From positions 2,614 to 66,613 of the forward strand of contig JANMHH010000076.1 of NCBI GenBank assembly GCA_031375065.1: a DNA stretch of 64,000 bases. Direction: 5' to 3'. The translations under genes and the position numbers were made by a program. The notes beneath the pieces were generated by a model, which saw only the letters and a list, made by a program, of their open reading frames with translations, ran no database searches and had not been told where the DNA came from. This DNA comes from Rubrivivax sp. GTDB lineage: Bacteria > Pseudomonadota > Gammaproteobacteria > Burkholderiales > Burkholderiaceae_C. Each line of letters starts with the position of its first letter. The first letter of the stretch is position 1. Below are positions 58,631-64,000 of the stretch, piece by piece.

Positions 58631-60529
58631 ATGGCAGAGCCCGTCGCGCCAAGCTCACTGATCGACAGCTTCTCGACGCTGTTCGAGTTTCTGCCCATCG
58701 GCGCTTACCGCACGCTGCCCGACGGCCGCCAACTGCGCGCCAACCCGGCGCTGGTGCGCATGAACGGTTTTGCGTCCGAAGCCGAACAAATGCGCGAGGA
58801 CTTCGACATCGCCCGAGAGTGGTACATCGACCCCAACCGGCGCACCCACTTCATGGCGCTGCTGGAGCGCGATGGTCAAGTCGCGGGCTTCGAGTCCGAG
58901 GTCCGCCGCTTCAAGACCGGCGAGACCTACTGGGTCAGCGAAAACGCCCACCTGGTGCGCGACGCCAGCGGCCACGCGCTGTACTACGAAGGCACGGTCG
59001 AAGAGATCACCGAGCGCGTGGCCGATCGCAAGGCGCTGGCGCGCAGCCGCGCGGAGTTGCGCCAGATCGTCGACCTGGTGCCGGGCTTCGTCTACCGCGT
59101 GCTGGTGCTGCCCAACGGCCAGCGACGCTGCACGTTCTGCAGCGCCGGGGTGCGCGAACTGTTCGAGGTTGAGCCCGAAGACGTGATGCGCGACGGGTTG
59201 CTGATGCACCAGCTGCGCCACCCCGAAGACCGGGCCCACATCGAGGTCGCCACCCACGCGGCGCGCCTGGCGCAACAGCCGCTGCAGCTGGAGTACCGCG
59301 TGCTGCTGGCCAGCGGGCGCGTCAAGTGGGTGCACCTGTTCAGCGCCTCGGCGCCCAGCGAGGAAGGCGCCGAGGTGCGTGTCGGCATGGCCTTCGACAT
59401 CACGGCCCGCAAGCAGGCCGAGCTGGCGCTGCAAGAGAACAGCGACCTGTGGAAGCGGGCACTGGAAAGCAGCGGCGACGGCGTGTGGGACGTGAACCTG
59501 CGCGAAGGCACCGAGATCTACAGCCCGAAGTGCCGCGCGCTCTACGGCTACACGGTGCAGGAAATGCCCGACCGCCCTGGCGTGCTGGACGCCTGGACCC
59601 ATCCTGACGACCTGGCTGGCATGCATGCCGCCCGCGAGGCCCACACCCAGGGCCTCACATCCACCTACATCAACGAACACCGCGTGCGCTGCAAGGACGG
59701 GCAGTGGAAGTGGATCCTGTCGCGCGGCACCGCGATCAGCCGTGATCAGCAGGGCCGGCCACTGCGCGTGGTCGGCACTCACACCGACATCACGGCCGAG
59801 AAGGAAGCGCTGGCGCTGCGCCTGGAGCGTGACCGCGCCGCGGCGGCCGACCTGGCCAAGTCGCAGTTTCTGTCGCGTGTCAGCCACGAGCTGCGCACGC
59901 CGCTGAATGCCATCCTGGGGTTTGCCCAGCTTCTGGAGCTGCACCCCGGTGATGGCGAACGGCAGCGGCACTGGAACCAGCTCAGCCTGGCCAGCGGACG
60001 CCACCTCTTGTCCTTGGTCGACGACATCCTGGACCTGAGCAGCATCGAAACCGGTCAGCTGGCCATGCGTCTGGAACCGGTGAATTTGCTTGCGGTGATC
60101 GAAGCCGCCTGGACGATGCTGGCGGCACCAGCTCAAGCGCAGCAGTTGACGCTGCACAACCACGTGGGTGCCGAGCCGGCCGCCCGTGTTCTGGCCGACC
60201 CCAAGCGGCTTCAGCAGGTGGTGAGCAACCTGCTGTCGAATGCCATCAAGTACAACCGACCCGGCGGTTGGGTGCGTCTGTCGGTGATTCGCACGGGGCA
60301 TCAGCTGACACTGCAGGTGGCCGACAGTGGCTGCGGCATGGACGACAGCCAACTGCAGCGGCTGTTCAGTCCATTCGACCGGCTGGGCGCAGAACGTGGC
60401 ACCGTCACCGGAACCGGACTCGGACTGGCCTTGTCGCGCCAGCTGGTCCAAGCCATGGGTGGGCGCATCGAGGTGCAAAGCCAAGCGGCGCGGGGCAGCA
60501 CCTTCAGCGTGGTCTTGCCGGCCGCCTGA
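58631..60529 (+). CDS. PAS-domain sensor histidine kinase (three PAS/PAC)
   Basis: PAC motifs (EITER, DITARK, DITAEK), SHELRTPLNAI, NAIKY, GTGLGL. Confidence 0.92.
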   Translation: MAEPVAPSSLIDSFSTLFEFLPIGAYRTLPDGRQLRANPALVRMNGFASEAEQMREDFDIAREWYIDPNRRTHFMALLERDGQVAGFESEVRRFKTGETYWVSENAHLVRDASGHALYYEGTVEEITERVADRKALARSRAELRQIVDLVPGFVYRVLVLPNGQRRCTFCSAGVRELFEVEPEDVMRDGLLMHQLRHPEDRAHIEVATHAARLAQQPLQLEYRVLLASGRVKWVHLFSASAPSEEGAEVRVGMAFDITARKQAELALQENSDLWKRALESSGDGVWDVNLREGTEIYSPKCRALYGYTVQEMPDRPGVLDAWTHPDDLAGMHAAREAHTQGLTSTYINEHRVRCKDGQWKWILSRGTAISRDQQGRPLRVVGTHTDITAEKEALALRLERDRAAAADLAKSQFLSRVSHELRTPLNAILGFAQLLELHPGDGERQRHWNQLSLASGRHLLSLVDDILDLSSIETGQLAMRLEPVNLLAVIEAAWTMLAAPAQAQQLTLHNHVGAEPAARVLADPKRLQQVVSNLLSNAIKYNRPGGWVRLSVIRTGHQLTLQVADSGCGMDDSQLQRLFSPFDRLGAERGTVTGTGLGLALSRQLVQAMGGRIEVQSQAARGSTFSVVLPAA

Positions 60530-60577
60530 AGCGTCGGCGCGGCGGCGCCCCCACCGCTCAGTTCAGTTCAGCTCAGC

Positions 60578-61162
60578 TCAGCGACGCTCGAACTTGAACA
60601 CCGCCACGCTGGCCAACAGGTTGGGCCAGTGCCGCACCACACGCCCGTCTTGCAAACCAAAGCGGTCGCTGACCGCCAGGCCGCACGTGGCCGCCAGCAC
60701 CTCGAAGTCGGCCAAGGTGCCGACGCGGATGTTGGGCGTGTCGTACCACTGGTAGGGCAGCGCCCGCGTCACCGGCATGCGCCCAGTCAGCACATGCAGG
60801 CGGTTGGGCCAATGCGCAAAGTTGGGAAAGGCGACGATGCCAATCCGCCCGACCCGCGCCGTCTCCTTGAGCATGCGCTCGGTGTTGCGCAGGTGTTGCA
60901 GCGTGTCGACCTGCAGCACCACGTCAAAGCTGGCGTCGTCAAACAGCGCCAGCCCTTCTTCCAGGTTGAGCTGGATCACGTTGACGCCGCGCTGCACGCA
61001 CGCATGCACGTTGGCGTCGTCGATCTCGATGCCGTAGCCGCTGCAGCCCTTGTGCTGCTGCAACCAGGCCAGCATTTCGCCGTTGCCACAGCCCAGGTCC
61101 AGCACGCGGCTGCCGGCCGGCACCAGCTCGGCAATCAGCTCCAGGTCTTTGCGCTCGCTCAT
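60578..61162 (-). CDS. metW: Methionine biosynthesis protein MetW
   Basis: [23 protein letters not shown]; overlaps metX. Confidence 0.93.
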   Translation of the reverse strand: MSERKDLELIAELVPAGSRVLDLGCGNGEMLAWLQQHKGCSGYGIEIDDANVHACVQRGVNVIQLNLEEGLALFDDASFDVVLQVDTLQHLRNTERMLKETARVGRIGIVAFPNFAHWPNRLHVLTGRMPVTRALPYQWYDTPNIRVGTLADFEVLAATCGLAVSDRFGLQDGRVVRHWPNLLASVAVFKFERR

Positions 61163-62301
61163 GTTGTGCTGAAGTCGGCCGCGACCCGTTTGAAATAGGC
61201 CCGCATCACGGCGTGGTAACGCGGGTCGTCGAGCAAAAAGGCATCGTGCCCGTGCGGCGCCTCGATCTCGGCATAGCTGACGTTGATCTGGTTGTCGACC
61301 AAGGCCTTGACGATTTCGCGGCTGCGGCTGGGCGAAAAACGCCAGTCGGTGGTGAAGCTCACCAGCAAGAAGCGTTTGTCGCGCGCCGCTTCGAAGGCGC
61401 GGGTCAGGCTGCCGCCATGGGCTTTGGCAGGATCAAAATAGTCCAGCGCCCGGGTGATCAGCAAGTAGGTGTTGGCGTCGAAGTACTCGCTGAACTTGTC
61501 GCCCTGGTGGCGCAGGTAGCTCTCGATCTGGAACTCGATGTCCTGCGTGGTGTAGCCCAGCACACCACCCGGCCCGCCGCGCAGTTCACGGCCGAACTTG
61601 GCCTCCATCGCGTCGTCGCTCAAATAGGTGATGTGGCCGATCATGCGGGCCACGCGCAAGCCGCGTTTGGGCAGCGTGCCCTGGGCCAGGTAGTGGCCGC
61701 CGTGGAAGTCGGGGTCGGTGACGATGGCGCGGCGGGCCACTTCATTGAAGGCAATGTTCTGCGCGCTCAAGTTCGGCGCCGTGGCCACGGCCACACAGTG
61801 GCGCAAACGCTGCGGGTGGCGCAGCGTCCAGTCCAGGGCCTGCATGCCGCCCAGGCTGCCACCCAGCACCGCAGCCAGCTGCTCGATGCCCAGGCGCTGC
61901 ACCAGGCGCACCTGCGCGTCGACCCAGTCTTCCACCGTCACCACCGGGAAATCGGCCCCATAAATCCGGCCGGTGGAGGGGTTGACATGGGTCGGGCCGG
62001 TGGAGCCGAAACAAGACCCCGGGTTGTTGACGCCGATGACAAAAAACCGGTTGGTGTCCAGCGGTTTACCCGGGCCCACCAGGTTGTCCCACCAGCCCAG
62101 GCTGCCGTCTTCGTGCAAGCCCGCCACGTGGTGGCTGGCGTTGAGCGCATGGCAGACCAGCACGGCATTGCTGCGCTCGGCGTTGAGCTGGCCGTAGGTC
62201 TCGTAGGTCAACTGGTAGTCGGACAGCACCGCACCGCTCTGCAGCGCCAAGGGCTCGCTGAAGTGCGTCTGCTGGGGGGTGACTCGTCCTGTCGGTGCCA
62301 T
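61159..62301 (-). CDS. metX: Homoserine O-acyltransferase
   Basis: [26 protein letters not shown]. Start codon uncertain (62301 or 62343). Confidence 0.93.
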   Translation of the reverse strand: MAPTGRVTPQQTHFSEPLALQSGAVLSDYQLTYETYGQLNAERSNAVLVCHALNASHHVAGLHEDGSLGWWDNLVGPGKPLDTNRFFVIGVNNPGSCFGSTGPTHVNPSTGRIYGADFPVVTVEDWVDAQVRLVQRLGIEQLAAVLGGSLGGMQALDWTLRHPQRLRHCVAVATAPNLSAQNIAFNEVARRAIVTDPDFHGGHYLAQGTLPKRGLRVARMIGHITYLSDDAMEAKFGRELRGGPGGVLGYTTQDIEFQIESYLRHQGDKFSEYFDANTYLLITRALDYFDPAKAHGGSLTRAFEAARDKRFLLVSFTTDWRFSPSRSREIVKALVDNQINVSYAEIEAPHGHDAFLLDDPRYHAVMRAYFKRVAADFSTT

Positions 62302-62358
62302 GTCCAAGAAGTGCAAGACCTCGGCGCCGCTTCGAGCTGCCACGCTTGAAAGGTGGCA

Positions 62359-62412
62359 CCTGTTTAGCGGCATTTGTTAAGCGCCCGCAAGCCGGAGCAA
62401 ATCAGCGCTGTT
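62359..62412 (-). promoter_or_regulatory. SAM-II riboswitch upstream of metX
   Basis: Minus strand reads CAGCGCTGATTTGCTCCGGCTTGCGGGCGCTTAACAAATGCCGCTAAACAGG, matching the SAM-II pattern GCGCnGATTT...TTGC..GCGC...AAAT...GCTAAA; typical metX location. Confidence 0.85.
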
Positions 62413-62474
62413 AGAGAAAAAGTATACACAGCAGGCATCATGTGCACGCGGCCTTGGGCGGGCAGGAGCATCTG

Positions 62475-63371
62475 ATGGCTTGGTTCGATGGATTTGAAGA
62501 CCGGCGTTACACCGTGGGCGACATCGCGTTGCGCGCCCGCACGGGCGGCAACCCTGAGGGCCCGCCGCTGCTGCTGGTGCACGGGTTTCCCCAGACCAGC
62601 GCGATGTGGCATCGCGTGGCCCTGCAACTGGCGCCGCACTTTGCGCTGGTGCTGCCAGACCTGCGCGGCTACGGCGAGTCGGACAAGCCGGTGGGCGCCG
62701 CTGACCACGCCAACTACAGCAAACGCAGCATGGCGCTCGACCTGCATGGCCTGATGCGCAGCCTGGGTCACGACCGTTACTTCGTTGCCGGCCATGACCG
62801 CGGTGCGCGGGTGGTGCACCGCCTGGCGCTGGACCAACCGCAGGCCGTGCGGCGCCTGGCGTTGATCGACATCGTGCCGACGCTGGACATGTTTGACGCC
62901 ACCGACATGCGCTTTGCCAGCGCCTACTACCACTGGTTTTTCTTGATCCAGCCCACACCGCACCCCGAACGGATGATTGGCGCCGACCCCGCGGGCTACG
63001 CGCGCTGGAAGCTGGGCGGCTGGGGCTCGCTCGGCCACAAGTTCTACGAACCGGAGGCTATGGCCGAGTACCTGCGCTGCTTCAGCCAGCCCGAAGCCGT
63101 GCATGGCGCCTGCGAGGACTACCGTGCCAGTGCCACCGTCGACCTGGAGCACGACCGGACATCCAGAAGGGACGGCCGCCAGGTGCAGTGCGACCTGCAT
63201 GTGCTGTGGGGCACCCGCGGGGTGATCCACGCCCTGTTCGATCCGTTGGCGCTGTGGCGCGCGCAGTGTTCGGCGCGGGTCAGCGGGCTGGCCATGCCCG
63301 CCGGTCACTTCCTGGCCGAAGAGCTTCCACAAGAAACCTCTCAGCAGTTGCTGGCCTTTTTCAGAAGCTGA
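62475..63371 (+). CDS. Alpha/beta hydrolase, fluoroacetate dehalogenase family
   Basis: HGFPQT, GHDRGAR, YYHWFF, CEDYRA, GHFLAEE; AGGAG RBS. Confidence 0.88.
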   Translation: MAWFDGFEDRRYTVGDIALRARTGGNPEGPPLLLVHGFPQTSAMWHRVALQLAPHFALVLPDLRGYGESDKPVGAADHANYSKRSMALDLHGLMRSLGHDRYFVAGHDRGARVVHRLALDQPQAVRRLALIDIVPTLDMFDATDMRFASAYYHWFFLIQPTPHPERMIGADPAGYARWKLGGWGSLGHKFYEPEAMAEYLRCFSQPEAVHGACEDYRASATVDLEHDRTSRRDGRQVQCDLHVLWGTRGVIHALFDPLALWRAQCSARVSGLAMPAGHFLAEELPQETSQQLLAFFRS

Positions 63372-63463
63372 ACTGGTCGCGTTATATGGGTTAACTCGCA
63401 GCCCCGGCATCCCTGCCGCCCGCATACGATCGCGGTCCCAGCAAAGCCCAGAAGGAACCACCC

Positions 63464-64000
63464 ATGCACGAGTGGCTGCACAGGATCGACTCGTACTTTC
63501 CGGTCAGGCACACCGTTTGGTTGCTGAGCGCTGTCGGGACCCTGCTCTTTGCGTTCACCTACATCGCCTTCGGCGTGGGTGGGGCGGCGGCCTTGGTGTG
63601 CCTGTTTCTGACCGGCCTGGGTTGGCGTGACACACGCCAACGCCGCCACTCGGTGCTGCGCAACTACCCGGTCATCGGGCACCTGCGCTTTTTGCTGGAG
63701 TTCATCCGCCCCGAGATCCGCCAGTACTTCATCGAGAGCGACCACGAGGCCGCGCCGTTTTCGCGCCAGCAGCGCAGCTTGGTCTATCAGCGCGCCAAGG
63801 GCGACGGCGACAAGCGACCCTTTGGCACCCAGCTCGATGTCAACGCCGTCGGCTAAGAGTGGATCAACCATTCCATGGCGCCCACCGTGCTGGCTGCGCA
63901 TGACTTCCGCCTGACCATTGGCGCAGGCGGCACCAGCTGCACCCAGCCCTACAGCGCCAGCGTGTTCAACATCTCGGCGATGAGCTTTGGCGCGCTCAGC
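63464..64000 (+). pseudogene. FMN-binding glutamate synthase family protein, partial, with in-frame TAA at 63854-63856
   Basis: RNYPVIGH, IRPEIRQYF, VYQRAK, PFGT; after the TAA the same frame continues EWINHS...FNISAMSFGALS. Confidence 0.8.

Noticed and set aside
18162-62349. Many long antisense or alternate-frame ORFs (e.g. 18162-19610, 22880-24352, 37339-38925, 43339-44880, 58655-60484, 61213-62349)
   Set aside because: Typical high-GC shadow ORFs overlapping well-supported genes, with no recognisable motifs.
47884-63371. Two dehalogenase-family genes plus a haloperoxidase-fold gene as a halogen-cycling cluster
   Set aside because: They are far apart, each in an ordinary context, and the families are widespread.

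Overview
GC-rich betaproteobacterial chromosome segment (Burkholderiales, Rubrivivax/Ideonella-like by gene content; inference). It holds about 55 CDS, mostly housekeeping or ordinary accessory genes: glnE, corA, rlmL-like, rpoN, lptAB, dsbA, argS, glcB, and metXW with a SAM-II riboswitch. It also carries a cfa/DUF1365 furan-fatty-acid-type operon. The standout is a compositionally atypical three-gene cassette at about 2426-7594: a class III nucleotide cyclase-TolB-like-TPR protein, a soluble PAP2/vanadium-haloperoxidase-fold enzyme with N-terminal SNPIPPN tandem repeats, and a cytoplasmic S8 subtilase. It sits inside the SPFH-DUF4178-DUF350-speE-like-FAD oxidoreductase operon, on the opposite strand. 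Other notable signals are a candidate sigmaE-type promoter followed by a structured CU-rich sRNA at about 26674-26840, and short tandem duplications centred on stop codons. Three genes carry single-base lesions (LysR, LytS-like kinase, FMN glutamate-synthase family) that may be real or sequencing errors. No rRNA, tRNA, CRISPR array or transposase was recognised. All family calls come from motif recognition by eye; no database searches were run.
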